The notes under the pieces were generated by a model. The model had not been told where the DNA came from and made no database searches. It worked only from the letters and a program-made list of their open reading frames with translations. A stretch of 64,000 nucleotides of DNA from Catajapyx aquilonaris (lineage: Eukaryota), in contig KZ538123.1 of assembly GCA_000934665.2 (NCBI GenBank), forward strand, positions 1-64,000, read 5' to 3'. Position numbers and translations under genes: made by a program. The number at the start of each line of letters is the position of its first letter. Position 1 is the first letter of the stretch. Below are positions 25,901-37,900 of the stretch, piece by piece.

Positions 25901-28900
25901 AACGTCTATCTGCTCAAGTGGAAACTCAGTGATTTGCAGAATGTGTCAAAGGGCTCATCAGTATGGGAATGAATCGGTTTGTTTTTGCTCTGGAGGAAAA
26001 ACCTCTCTTTCATGTGGTGGAACCGTCTGTTTTTCCTCCCCGATGCCATAATGGAAATTTGACATTTGTACAGTGCGCGAGAATTTATCGCATATGAACA
26101 ATGACATCATCACGTAATTATCCATAGATAGAGCAATTTTTTTAAAAAAAAGTATTGGCAGGCGTAACTCAAACCGACAGCAACACCAATTCCAGACAGT
26201 TACATGTAATTTGAAGCTGCCGGTATCAGATTAATACACTGGTGAATAATCTGACGGGGTGAAAAGAACGTTTTGGCCACGTTTTCATATGTGGACAAGC
26301 CTATTCTTACCGTTGATGCGCCATGTTTCGGACAAACGTTATCATGCGGACGAAGCTTCCCTAACCGTCAATTAAAATTTGAATTGGCGGTTTGGGAGGG
26401 TTCTTTCGCCGCCAGGATCGCCCCACTCTTGGGGACTACACCAGCGCCTAATAGGCAACTCTACTCCCTACAGGTGGTAAGCTCACGGGGTCTGCATAAG
26501 GCTGGGGTAGGAGTGTCAAGGGGCCCAACTTTTTTGACGAATGGTATATACACTAAATTATATCCAGCATCATAAACCGGCAAATAAATAATCAATCAGT
26601 GATCATATATCGTTCTGTTGCCAATAACCGGAAGGGATTTGGTTCCAATCCTGGACCCGGCTTAAGAGTCGGAAGGCAATCCAGTTCATGTCCGTGATTG
26701 AAAATGAAACCTAGCAATAAAACCCGTTTTCTTTCACCGCTTCTGGGTCTGCCTGAGCTGCCGGATATAAAGTTTTGCGGGGGACTAATCAGCCATAGCG
26801 TCCTCTTCCTGCCAGTAATACGAGCCGCATTAAATTGTCTATCGCGCCGCCGCCACCGCTGTTCTATTTTTTTTTTCACGTCATCCACCACATTGATCGG
26901 TAAATTTTCTTTTTTCTTAGCTTTCAACGCTGTAGATACTTTTCTTCTACCATCGATTTTGCGTTTGTTATTCTGACAATGTTTCGGCGAAAACCCGGCA
27001 AGAAAACGTAATTCTTGGCCTCGGCTGATAAATCCGACTCCGCTTTAAGGACTTAACAACTTCTGATCCTAAGCGCTCGAGAAGCGACAATTTCGGAAGC
27101 AGGAAACCCTATTTCCAGGGATCTGAAAATGAAGGGGGATAATGTGGTTGTTACAGATTTTTCCCGTCTTGAGCTATATGTATCTCGAACACGCTTTTTT
27201 TTATGATTGGCAACTTCGGAGCATACGATTACAGGAGGCAGTCGCAGTCCTGCGTATCAATTGCGCTTCTTTAATATGGGCACCGAGTCCTCGGAAATGA
27301 GCAAACTTCTGCCAACAACATCTGCCCTTTTTTCCAAAGTTATTTCCACATTTTCCTCCTCAAGAATTGAGCTTTTCCTGTGAGAACATGTACATTTATT
27401 TTTCTCCCTTTTTCCGATCTTCAGCGACGGAGTACCTGAGAGTCATACAGTATCAGAGGATGGTAGAATTGATGTTACGTGTAGGCGTCTAGCAACTGCT
27501 TGGCAACAGCACTTAGTGAGTCTGCCTCAGAGATTCTTCTAATTGGTTCGTTATGGATGCGACAACCAATCGAGGATCGGGTGTGATTGTGTGTGAGAGT
27601 TTGACAAGCTCCGACATGTGTGGGACGTAGCATTGAAGGATGATAATGATGATGGTGATGTAACAAGTATTGAGACTGGTGAAGCCAAAGTGAGGAGTGA
27701 AAGGCTATAGGATGGGGTGGGTGGATGGGATATGCCAGAGGTCAGGAGATTCAAAGGTGGGGGACATGTCAGGGTGACCGGGGCATAATGTTTGGGATGG
27801 TATTGACGCTCGTCGTGTAATTTTTGCGGTCGACTTATTGGGAAAGCTGCAATTATGTTCCTTTGAAATGTCTGCTGAGCCTCCCAATTAACTTCGTTTG
27901 TGGGTATAAGTTCCTTTTGCTCAATTTCATCAAAATTGGAGATTTTTCTTTGTCAAACGTATCGCATATCTCAAAAGATCGTAAGAGCCAGATGTGCACT
28001 TAAAAGTCAAGAAATTGGCAATATTAGGAACGCCTTTCATTCGTCTCATATTTTGTATATACCCGTTCAAAATGTGAAATGCTGCATCGTTACAATATTC
28101 TATAGGCTACATGATATGCGCAGTCATTTTCTTCTGCCCAGGTGACTTCATTTTTCATTTTGTACAGCGCAGATGCAGGATAACTGTTGTCAACAAGCTA
28201 TTTTACGAGAGCTATTCAATAAGTCTGGTCTTTGTTGCACGCTGTTGCTAGGGAAATTCAGGTCTCGACTGGGGATCCGGAAAAGTCAAAGGTCAACAAT
28301 TTTCTTAGAGGAACACTACCCTTGCTATAATCAAAGGGAATAAAAGTACGGTCGCCCATTGGTTGCCTCGACTGACGCCTGTAGGCAAAATAGTACAGTC
28401 GGCTGAAATGAAATTTTGCCCTTTACTGATAGAAACTGATATCCCCAGACCGCAGCGGCAAAAGCACCTACATAGTAATCGATAATTCTTTTGTTTAATT
28501 CCTCCAATAATGCGCAGCATTAGTTACATACCAGAACAGTCGACACTTTTTTGAGGGACAGACATCCCCTATAATATGGAGACACCTCCTGCTGCTCTTA
28601 AGGCGATATACGTTCGCAGCAGTTACCCGTTCTAATCCGCACCGGGAAAAGAACAGCACATAAAAGAGAGATAAAGACGAAAGAAAAAGAAACATCGCGG
28701 TGGTGGTAATATAAACTTTCAGCATTTTAAAAGACCACGGAAATAAGATTCTACCGACACCGAGTTGTTTTCAATGGAGTCGTTACAACGCGGCTGTTGT
28801 TACCAGAAGGAATTCTCCGACACTGAAGGGTACAATGCAACATTTCTTACATATCGGTAGCTGCTGTACAAGACCAATCTAAAGTGGCAGCTAGAAAGAT

Positions 28901-30314
28901 GAGTTTCATCACTTTGGACCAGTCTATTTCTTAAGTGAGTGGCGATAGACATGTCAGATCGAGATTGATAGGAGTGGGCAGAATGGATGGTGATATTGGT
29001 TGGTCCTCACTTGCCTACCTCCCATAGAGTTGAAAATAGACGGATCTTTTTGCGCAATCTTTCTAGGTGCAGCTCTAGATTGGTTGTACAGTAAAGGACG
29101 GTTGTGTCAAAACATATTAATGGAAAATCTCTGATGCTCATAATCGAAGATTTTCTATTAGTTTGCGTATATACCAACTGGCCCTCAGTGCAAAGAGTTA
29201 TTTCAAAATTTCTCATTTTATACATATTATTACGTAATATTGTAGGAGCAGAGTACGGATTATGCCACAAGGCACAATATGACATATTCAATAAAATTTT
29301 CACCTCATTTGAAAAGTAATATGTTACATATTTCATACCACCCTGTACACTAAGTACCTCGCATTGGGTAATGGACCAAAACTAGCTGCATCCTCAGATC
29401 AGTCCACCCAAAAAATTGCAGCACGCCTAAGCCCAAGTGCCCATTGTTCCCGATAGTCCACAGCGTGAAAACGATCCGCAACACAGCACAACGGGACAAA
29501 CAGAAGCCCTAGTGCAAAAAAAAGAACCTCAGAAAGATGAGCGATGGTTCCCAGCAGTGCTCGAATTGTCATAGTTGAGCTTGTGGGTGGATGACTCAAA
29601 AAAATGGCTCATCATTGACCATTTACTGTGCAAAGTTAAGCTGAAATTTATATGAACCTTCCAATCTCCTGTGATTATGTCATAATATCCATTTTAATTT
29701 ATAATTGCAATATTCAAAGGTTTCAATCCTCGTCACTCTTTTGAAATTCGTCTGGCCTTTATTTTTCTCTGTCAAACCACTTCTTTCAGCAAAAAATTCC
29801 CGTAGAAAAACAGACGTCTTACAGATTTCCTACGTTATTTGCGCGATAAAATGAGGTGTTGATGAAAATTATGATAGTGAAGCGAGAGAAAGAAACAGAT
29901 GTACCAGTTATCAAACCTTTGGTAAAAACCATAGAGACCACTCATAAACCTTGAAATAATTACCAACTCAAAGTATAATCAACATTTATCCGTTCACTAC
30001 ATTTCACTTCAAAAATGTGGCTTCTTTTTTCCTCCCAATAGGCCATGATCTTCCTGTTTTACTATCAAAATCTATCACCAGCGAAGTGACTAAAACTTCA
30101 TGTCACTCGAAAGAGGATTCCCGAAAAGTTCACAGGCCACTCGCACTCTCGGGTCAAAATTTGATCAAGAACTAGAAGATCAGGTGTATAAACTTACAAC
30201 CCCAGTAAATTCGAGACTTGGTTCCCCCCGAAGAATGAAATATGGCTCACACGATGCGAAGTCCTGAAGCTGTTGAAACTCAGCCGGCGCCAACTTTTCC
30301 CAGTGAAGCGCCAT
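3722..30314 (-). CDS. Dgk: Type I diacylglycerol kinase (DGK alpha/beta/gamma-like), whole spliced CDS span, 18 coding exons, ~911 aa
   Basis: Manual assembly gives one open frame (2736 nt incl. TAG) with GT-AG introns and matching phases. Motifs: [31 protein letters not shown] (DAG_kinase_N), EF loops [12 protein letters not shown] and [12 protein letters not shown], two C1 domains, [38 protein letters not shown]. Confidence 0.96.
3891..4072 (-). CDS. Dgk: Dgk exon 17 ([13 protein letters not shown]...[15 protein letters not shown])
   Basis: QIDGEPW motif; tttcag / gtacct. Confidence 0.96.
6762..6978 (-). CDS. Dgk: Dgk exon 16 (CDGNPLDL...[21 protein letters not shown]...AIQ)
   Basis: LNIPxxxGGSNLWG motif; tttcag / gtaact. 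Confidence 0.96.
7539..7694 (-). CDS. Dgk: Dgk exon 15 ([36 protein letters not shown]...)
   Basis: Accessory domain motif; tttcag / gtatgt. Confidence 0.97.
7986..8245 (-). CDS. Dgk: Dgk exon 14 ([21 protein letters not shown]...NNYFSIGV)
   Basis: DAGKc and start of DAGKa motifs; ttgcag / gtgagt. Confidence 0.97.
10474..10738 (-). CDS. Dgk: Dgk exon 13, catalytic domain start ([12 protein letters not shown]...[12 protein letters not shown])
   Basis: ATP-binding GGDG motif; ctgcag / gtatgt. Confidence 0.97.
10805..10981 (-). CDS. Dgk: Dgk exon 12 ([36 protein letters not shown]...)
   Basis: End of C1B plus the DGK-typical extended motif HILPP; ccgcag / gtaagc. Confidence 0.95.
11370..11575 (-). 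CDS. Dgk: Dgk exon 11, end of C1A and most of C1B
   Basis: [10 protein letters not shown]...[17 protein letters not shown]...LHCRWCQIT; ttctag / gttagt. Confidence 0.96.
11648..11765 (-). CDS. Dgk: Dgk exon 10, C1A N-half ([35 protein letters not shown])
   Basis: C1 His/Cys pattern; tgtag / gtaagt. Confidence 0.96.
12241..12316 (-). mobile_element. tRNA-derived SINE head or tRNA pseudogene
   Basis: 7-bp acceptor-like stem GTCCCCG/CGGGGAT, A-box-like GGAGCTCGTTGG, T arm with B-box GGTTCGAATCCC; D and anticodon arms do not pair properly. Confidence 0.65.
12975..13094 (-). CDS. Dgk: Dgk exon 9, EF-hand 2 ([40 protein letters not shown])
   Basis: EF loop plus [11 protein letters not shown] motif; ttccag / gtaagc. 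Confidence 0.96.
13626..13941. mobile_element. MITE with 27-bp TIRs (PIF/Harbinger-like termini) spanning an assembly gap
   Basis: Left AGGGGTCGTGCAAATACCACGTGACCG and reverse complement of right end AGGGGCCGTGCAAATACCACGTGACCG (1 mismatch); TSD imperfect. Confidence 0.75.
13675..13886. other. Assembly gap (N run) flanked by poly-G
   Basis: Ns in sequence. Confidence 1.
14042..14323 (+). mobile_element. tRNA-derived SINE, near full length
   Basis: A-box TGGCCTAGTGG (14054-14064), B-box-like GGTTCTAATCC (14097-14107), ~200-nt body, A-tail 14315-14323. Confidence 0.65.
15600..15892 (-). mobile_element. Degenerate tRNA-derived SINE
   Basis: Minus-strand A-box-like TGGTCAAAGGGTTAA (15876-15890) and B-box-like GGGATCGATTCCC (15824-15836); 3' boundary approximate. 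Confidence 0.45.
16869..16944. repeat. (AAT)n microsatellite, ~25 units
   Basis: Direct reading. Confidence 0.98.
18709..18783 (-). CDS. Dgk: Dgk exon 8 ([25 protein letters not shown])
   Basis: Conserved inter-EF segment; aacag / gtgagt. Confidence 0.95.
19886..19935 (-). CDS. Dgk: Dgk exon 7, EF-hand 1 ([17 protein letters not shown])
   Basis: Canonical EF loop; tttcag / gtaagt. Confidence 0.95.
20939..21061 (-). CDS. Dgk: Dgk exon 6 (...[23 protein letters not shown])
   Basis: Conserved [22 protein letters not shown] motif; atcag / gtgagt. Confidence 0.95.
21141..21314 (-). CDS. Dgk: Dgk exon 5, Ser-rich insert ([13 protein letters not shown]...[16 protein letters not shown])
   Basis: ggcag acceptor, G|gtgagt donor, phase 1->1. 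Confidence 0.85.
21398..21638 (-). CDS. Dgk: Dgk exon 4, Ser/Thr-rich insert ([15 protein letters not shown]...)
   Basis: catcag acceptor, G|gtaatt donor, open frame, phases match neighbours. Confidence 0.85.
23898..24132. mobile_element. Degenerate hAT-like MITE
   Basis: Ends ATGGGCTGTGTGATATTT and reverse complement TAGGGCTGAAGTGATATTT; internal ATATCG/CGATAT repeats; no clear 8-bp TSD. Confidence 0.5.
24226..24366 (-). CDS. Dgk: Dgk exon 3 ([35 protein letters not shown]...); alternative end at 24217
   Basis: ctgcag acceptor; LCRHLFLSF motif of type I DGKs; two in-phase donors 9 nt apart. Confidence 0.9.
25164..25240 (-). CDS. Dgk: Dgk exon 2 ([26 protein letters not shown])
   Basis: tttcag acceptor, gtaagt donor, phase 1->0, DAG_kinase_N-like sequence. 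Confidence 0.92.
30251..30314 (-). CDS. Dgk: Dgk coding exon 1 ([21 protein letters not shown]); exon incl. 5'UTR starts at 30419
   Basis: ATG at 30314, with an in-frame TAG 17 codons upstream; acceptor ctccttccacag before 30419; donor T|gtgagc. Confidence 0.9.
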
Positions 30315-30369
30315 CTCTCGTCTTCTTCCGGAGGCTGGTGCCCTGCAACTAGTCGCTTCGAACTACCCC

Positions 30370-30417
30370 TCAGGTCTGCTTCCACATGAAGGAGCCGGAC
30401 TGACACGGCGCGACCAT
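30370..30417 (-). promoter_or_regulatory. uORF in the Dgk 5'UTR (MVAPCQSGSFMWKQT*)
   Basis: ATG at 30417, TGA at 30370-30372, 55 nt before the main ATG and in a different frame. Confidence 0.6.
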
Positions 30418-31759
30418 TGCTGTGGAAGGAGCAGGCGAGGTGAAAATGTAATTAGTGGAGGGGCGGCTGGGAGGAGGCGTGCGCAGGTACACTGACGAAA
30501 TAGACATGCCACGAACCAATAACTGAGGTCATCCTCAGGTTGGCATGGCTACAAATAAATGCTCTTTACTTCTTCTGTGATCTGCCCACATTACACTCCA
30601 CTCTCCACCCATCACCCCACTCTTATTATCGCCAATCTAGGTTAGGTATTAGTTACTTGATGCGACGTGTGACATAAGTGTTGCGCATGTTCAAATCTGG
30701 GCTTTGTGGGTTGCCTGAAACCAATATTATGCTGTAGGACATATTGTGACTAAATTCGATAGCCTGCCATCAGGTTGCAGAGGACACAATAAGGGGTGTG
30801 AAACCCTCTTACGTCACGCTAGGCTTTCGAGCTTGTTATTGAGAGAATATAATAGTCATTGCGACACCAATCACTTTGCAGCTCGGTATATGCAATGCAC
30901 TTTATGCTTCAGATTTAATTATTCACTGGCACTAATAAAGGGATCACGCCTGTTTGAAGCGCTTGTGCGGTTAAATTCCTGGTGAAAAATTGATGATGGG
31001 TGAATTATTTCTGCCAGCCTCCATAGGGCACTAATAAGCAAGATGAGCATTTTACGCAGTAAGCGACCAATAATTATAGCCACCGTTAATAACAAATGGA
31101 AAACATCAAGAGACCACAATTTCCTTCGAAATAAATACTGTAGTTCCAGCAGGGGTGAGTTTTACGATTTTTCGCGTACCTGATAGGTAGTCCATTACAT
31201 ATTGCACAAAAAATTATTTTGAGTGTTAGGAATTGTACCGGTATATATATCTCCAATAACTGAAGGGCATACTGCAGCAAGGAACTAACCCACCTGTTGT
31301 AAAGACAATGCGAATTGCTACAAAAACCCTCATATTTTGGCATATGTCAGAAAAGTTTATAACAGTTTCAAGAGTCATGAATAAAGGTACGGTATATTTA
31401 TTTCTACCATTACGGCTACGTTGTGGGTTAGCCCATTGTTGCAGTAAGTCCTTCAATTAATTTTCCACAGTAATATAATAACCTCGGACTTTGTGCACGG
31501 TTCAGTTTGCATTTGACAATGGTGCATAATAATAATAATGACCAGCACAACTATTGACTTGCAACGAATTGCCTCAAGGTATTACTGTACAATTTATAAT
31601 GGGATACATAAATTATGCACCAGTTGCTTAGTTACTGTGCCATTAGGTTGAATAACTAATTAATTACGGTTCATAGCATTTTTCAAGCCCATCAAGTTGC
31701 TTTTGACTAAATTTCCAAATATGCTATCGCAATAAGTCATCATGCGAATAAGGCATTAA

Positions 31760-31919
31760 GGTGCGTTTACATGTGCGCGATTTGACGAGCGAAATCTTCG
31801 CCGAGGCTGAAATTAACAATCGATTTTCGCCTCAAACAATATTGGTTACTTGGGTTAATCAGCCTCGGCGAAGATTTCGCTTCGCTTCTCTCATCAAATC
31901 GCTCGCATGTAAACGCACC
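31760..31919. mobile_element. Palindromic MITE (Harbinger-like GGTGCGTTTACA termini)
   Basis: GGTGCGTTTACATGTGCGCGATTTGA ... TCAAATCGCTCGCATGTAAACGCACC, plus inner arm GCGAAATCTTCGCCGAGGCTGA / TCAGCCTCGGCGAAGATTTCGC; AT-rich flanks TAA/TTT. Confidence 0.8.
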
Positions 31920-34900
31920 TTTACAGATTTTGTACCACAACTGCTCTGCCAGATGATATTAACAGTGATCAAAACTCAATAATTGGCTGGGTGTCCTGTA
32001 GGCAACAGACCGTCACATACAGTAACAAAATAACCTTGGGTTTACATATACTTTCACAGTTTTACCACATTTGCAACGTTGACCTGGTCAAAACGAGTGT
32101 AACATTGTCTGAGACGTGGGGGCCCTCAGAGTTACCGCATACATCATGTAATATTCTGACTGTAAATACAAAGGCAGTTGCTCTTGGAAGAGATTACTTA
32201 GCCTTTTGTAATATTTAGTTATTTACACAAAACCCACTTGTCTTGCACGCACTCGTCTTGTTTGCAACGTGTAAGAAGCGCTCTGCGAATGTGGACGAAA
32301 CTGAGGAAAACGGTGGAAAGGCTCTCCATCACCACCCAGAGTCCTATAACATTTCAAAGGCACGTAATCCTACTATGTAAGGGACCTCGTAAAAGTAAAT
32401 GTGCTTATTCAGTTTGCAATTAAGCTTTGCCCAATCCTAGAAATGTTTATAAATGGTGTTAAGCGTATTTTACATATCAATGACACTATCTAGGGGAGGG
32501 GAGGGAGGAATGGGACACAGATAGAATGAGACAGTGGACTTTGCTATCTGACCATGGAACATAAAAACTTCTTTCCGTAGCACAATTGCAACCCTGCACA
32601 TGTCAACATATTACTGGGAGGAATAAAACTCATTTCAACCACTCCGATCAGGATTTATGATATTGCTATTAAGCATGGGGTGCCGCAACTAGAAGGGATT
32701 CGTTGGTGCTATTATGGTACTGCAGAGACGTGACACCAAGGCTCTTCCGTGGATAATATTTTGCAACCAATAACTCAATTTGGACAAAAAATTGATTTAG
32801 GATGCTTTCATTCGCACCGACTCAATTACTCACGTGTAGTTTTATCCCTAGTATCGTAAAGTATGTGACGAGAATCCGAAACGGACCATGACAGTCATAT
32901 GAAGACCTGAATTGCAGAACGATCCGAGTCACTTTCTGGTCGAAATTGAGTTCCGTATTGTTCAGTTTAGTCCTTGACATGTATTGTACTTTCCCATAGT
33001 CGAGCCAGAAATTGCAGTCCCGTAGAGAGACGCTTTGTATCAAATGAAATCCATGAGGGGTAATGCAATTTTTAATCTTCAAACTCTAATATCTGGAAAT
33101 ATGTCATATGTGACTCTTTTGTTCTGCGTTGGATCCTTATGCATTTCCGGTCTTCATATGTTTGATTTGAATATTTTAAAAATATACAGGAGTATATTTT
33201 AATTGTTTTCAAGGGACCAATCCTTTTCTGGTCACTACCTCAAAATAATAATCTCCTGCCATTTAAATTATTAAATATATTTTAGCCGTAAGAGATATTT
33301 TTTATACCGAGTTGCAAATAATTTTTGTGAAAAATCATGCACACTAGTGGAATGGGGCGCAGTTAATGGCGAGAAATGCAGCAATTGCGTTCTATGATGC
33401 ATCTCCTGTTGTTCTGACGGCGTGACTAACTTATATGTCAAGAACGTCATATTGCTTTCTGCTTTGTCTCCGTTAAAATTGAGCACCGATGTGTGTGACG
33501 GCGACATTGAACACCATTAGAAGGAAATCCATATCCACTAATGACTGCCCCGAGTGGCTGTGTTACTCAGGCCTTCCACGAATTCATCCTGAGTTGGTAT
33601 GCAACCTCACCCTTGTCATAAGTGCAGCATAACCTGCAGGCGCAAGAAGGACGTACTGTACAGCTACACGGTACTGTACACAGCTACTCCAATACAACTT
33701 GGAAACTGCTGATGCAGATCTGTGCAATGCATTGCTTCATGCACTGCTAGACCAACGTGTAGAAATCCATGTCAACTCTATCTGGAAATTTTCCCGGCCC
33801 CCGCTGATTTTATCGAAACTTGGCACACTTGAAGGTACCGCGGACTCATGAAACGGTGCCAAATTATATGTTAATCGTTCCACCCCACAAGCAGATGAAG
33901 CCACTGAAGACCTATGTTGCGTGCACGGAACGCCATTACTCATATTTTATTGAATAACTGTATTTATATTGCACTTAGGCGGGAAATAATCCCTCACATA
34001 GGCGTATGAAATTCTTCCGGAATCATACGAAACAGATTGTAAAGTCAGGCTAGATGATTTTATTGTTTTTTCCTTATTTTATTTCATCCTAGGCTCTTAT
34101 AGTGTAATTTATAATATTTCAGTCTTGGAGATAAAATTTTCATTAATAACCATTTATTACGTCATTTCTACCCGAAGACTTGAAATGCAGTACGATACGA
34201 GTTACAATTTGGGCAAAATGAAGTTAATCATTGTGTCACGTGATATGGTACTTGGGAATAATCCAGAATTGTTTTAATTTTGAGCCCTCATTTTATGCTT
34301 TTGCACAAAAATCGAATTTGCTCTGCAAAGTTGCGCTGGTGGAAACAGGTCTTTAATGATACCACGGGATGGTGAAAAAGGTAATATTTCATGTCGGCCT
34401 AGTAGGTTTGTTTCGACTTAAAGACAATATTGCTCTCTTTGACTGAAAATTTTGGCTCCATTATGGCGGTAAGAGCAAGCTCATAATTCGATTCATTTTT
34501 ATTTGTAATTTCATTTGTCTCTTCCACGTGAATAATAATAATACATGCCATTATTGTGGTAATGAAACAACTCAGCTATACCGCTGTTGCGAAAGATAAG
34601 CCTATGTTCCAGTAGTATAATATAACCGTATAAAAAATAAAAATGTCTTCTAGGAATAAAAATCAGTTAAAGATGTACATGACAAGTTATTAAAATGAAT
34701 AAAAATCAAGACAAGGACAAGCATATTAATGAAACACTCTACGGGTTTTCGTACAAAGCCCGCAATTACTCCACTTTTCAATCGTGGTTTTTGATTACTT
34801 AATAATAATTCCACGATTTTAATTCTCCGCACATACCATTTTGCATTCGTCTGAGTTTTTAATCACAGGTGTAGGTTTTAATCACGTATAGGACTTCAAT

Positions 34901-37900
34901 ACGCGAGTTAGGGCGAGTTGCGTGGATAATTAAATAGCTCTGAGCGTTCTTGGCTTTTTTTGTCGTCTCCCAGCGATATTTTGCAGCAAAGCTGATGAGA
35001 GGTGGCCCACAATGTGCCATAGTGTCCCTAATGGAAGGATTAAACTATAATTTACCCTTGATGTATTTTTCCACATCAGTGTGTGTCCGTTCCCACAAAG
35101 TTTCGACGATCCAACAGCCCCAGAGTAAATGTCCAGACAAAACTATTCCACTCCATTAGAGAACCGCACCTCAAAATTGGAAACAAAGCAATTGGCACTG
35201 ATACATTCATTCCTACAGCTAGCCTCATGAAAATTCCATTGTGTCCAGTGGAAATTTACAGAATTAAATTACTATGAATAGTTTGAAACAATCGTCCTCA
35301 ATCTCTTTGATGGTGTCTTCTCTTGTATCCTGACCAACAATCTTCCCAGACCTTTCAACCAGGTTCAAGGACGACCTCTATAGTGTGACTGGCATTCACA
35401 TAGGACGATGTTGCCTCTGCCTGACGCCGCTCGACTCCTCTAATGAAATCGATATCAAATTGCCGACGGCTGACACCGAACTATGCGTGCATTACCGTTT
35501 TCAAATTTTAATCCAACTGGTGTGATTGGGGGCTGGGAAAGGTGGGAGATGGGGGTGAAAAGCCATGTTTGAAGTCAAGTGAGGCGTCTATCTCTAGTGG
35601 GTTAAACCATGTGTTGCAACCACGCTGCACGTGCTGGGCCTGTACATGCGTAAGCTTACAAGTGCATTGTTGGACTTAATGCTAATGTACATAATATGAT
35701 AGGCTGCGTGTTACACTCCATTATTTTTAGTTAATAATTAGATGTTCATAGCCACATTCACAGGCCTCACACAGGGTATTTCACATACCGTCTCCTCCAA
35801 CAAAAGCCGGCTCAGCGATGCAAAGGCCCACTCTCCTATGGGAATGCATTCTGCCAGTGAGCACATTGTCACTACTGAGCTTCATTGTGCACAATTCTGC
35901 CTTCATCGGCCGTTACCAGATTCTGCTCAGTGCCAACTCCAGGGATTAAATGGCAGCGCGTATATCAGTGACTTGAATCATGTCCGTGCTAAACTACACA
36001 CTGTATTACGCAAGCTTGAAATGTTCACTTGAAACAAAACAGCTGTGCCTAATACTGTCCACAGATTTAGCCAAAATGCGAATATAAAAAAAGTCAGGTA
36101 AATATTTCAAGAAATGTCTTCGCTTTTCCCAGCAAATCCGTCAATTTGAATACATTGTCTCGCCTTTTCATTTTGACAAATGTTGCAACATTATTGACTT
36201 TCGAAGTAAAAAAAAAAGTTTACCACGCTGATTTCCAACGACCAAAAGGAATCCTGGTAACGCCCTTCTCAGAAATGGATGTGACAAGTGCTTATCGAGT
36301 CCCCGGGGATCTCGGAAGGGGAGATTCTTTTGCCGCGGGAGCCTTCGCTGAGGTAGCGGCGTGGCACAAGCTAACCCTTTCCCCGGCAATCTTGAGGGGG
36401 GTCAGGTTATGTAAATCATCCTGAATTAGAGAATATTATTAGTGGTTACTAACAGTAGGGTGTTGTAATCTGGCGCAGGTGCTGGCACAGGGGTTTTGCC
36501 GAAGCTGAGCCAAATTATCAGCATAGGATCCCACTGGACATAGGGGGAAAAAAATAGAGCGAGGTGAAAATGGTGTTAGTCAGTTGAGGTGTAATGTGCC
36601 GTATAAGAATGATATTTTAAAGGGTTCTTTATCCCAGTTTGAAAAATGAGCGAAAAATGCAAATGGTGGAGCTACACGCTTGATGCGGAGAGATGAATTT
36701 GCCTCTCTGGAGATATAGGGGCCGTGTGGAGACGGGGAGAGGGGTAAAGTGGCCCGCGGTTGCCGTAGGTTCTTTCCGTGTAATGTGAGCGAATTTCTCC
36801 TTTTGACGCTTCCATTGAACTATACTCACACATTATAGAGGTTCACTAACCCTTCGTCACTCGACAGGGGTTAAAACTATGGTCAGCATGATCAGTAATG
36901 CCCCTTTTATTATTATAATTCTATTACTGCTGCTGATGGAATTGCAAAAGTAGCTGCTATTGCGTCTTTGGACTTTTACATGGTTGCAGTATGGTAGAGT
37001 GGTTTCCAAAAGCAAGAGGATTTTGAGTGGTATAGTCTATATGTTACCTTAGCTACGGCGCGTCTATCACTTTATTGCATCTCTATAAGTGGGAGTTCTC
37101 AGCCTGTTCGTAATATGTCGAGGATACAACCATGCCCAACTTCACATTAATTAAATGCGATAATTTGCTGTATGAACAATGCTGTACCGCATTTTCTCCT
37201 TACCTCATTCCCTAAGAGCCACGCCCTGCTACATAGACTATGATAGCCGTGACGCGATGCGAGACGAGTACCGGCGACAGAAAAAGGCCGCCTGGCAACG
37301 GGGATACTGTAGAAACACTTCTATCTACAACAGCTCGGTTTGGACTAAACAAACCACTGCTGGCTAGTACTGTACATGCGCCGTCACGTTCAGTTCAGAC
37401 GATCGCATCATTACGTGATGGAACAAATAAGTGGTTTCAACTGCTTGCGAATCACTCTCTGTTCCTCTGTGTAAATAAAAAGGGCAAACAATTTTAGTGC
37501 CATAACTATCATAATAACACTGAAGGATCTGATGTGCCAAATCCGAATTAAGTAAAGTAACATATTACGGCAAAATCTGCAATTACTTCCTGTATATTGT
37601 TAAGGCACATTCAGATGACTAATTACGTATCAAGTTACGTTAGAGTATCATTACTGCAAGGAAACAATTATTCACTATGGTCACACACAAGTGCAATAAA
37701 ATACGCTTAGGCTACTAATTAGAGCGTGAAAAATCTCATTAAACACGGGGAAAATTTAGTATTCTCTAAAGAGTGTTCTTAACTCTATTTGGAAGATTGC
37801 ACCTGGAGTATAGCCTATTTCTGCCTTTCCCATCAAGAGCAGAATACTAGGCTAGGTCTAAATAGAGCGCTATAGCTCTCAATCTAACCTAATAACCTAG

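Noticed and set aside
27475..27666. Protein-like ORF (MLRPTHVG...[11 protein letters not shown]) as an alternative first coding exon of Dgk
   Set aside because: The nearby GTAACA donor is phase 2 whereas exon 2 needs phase 1, and the phase-1 frame has a stop
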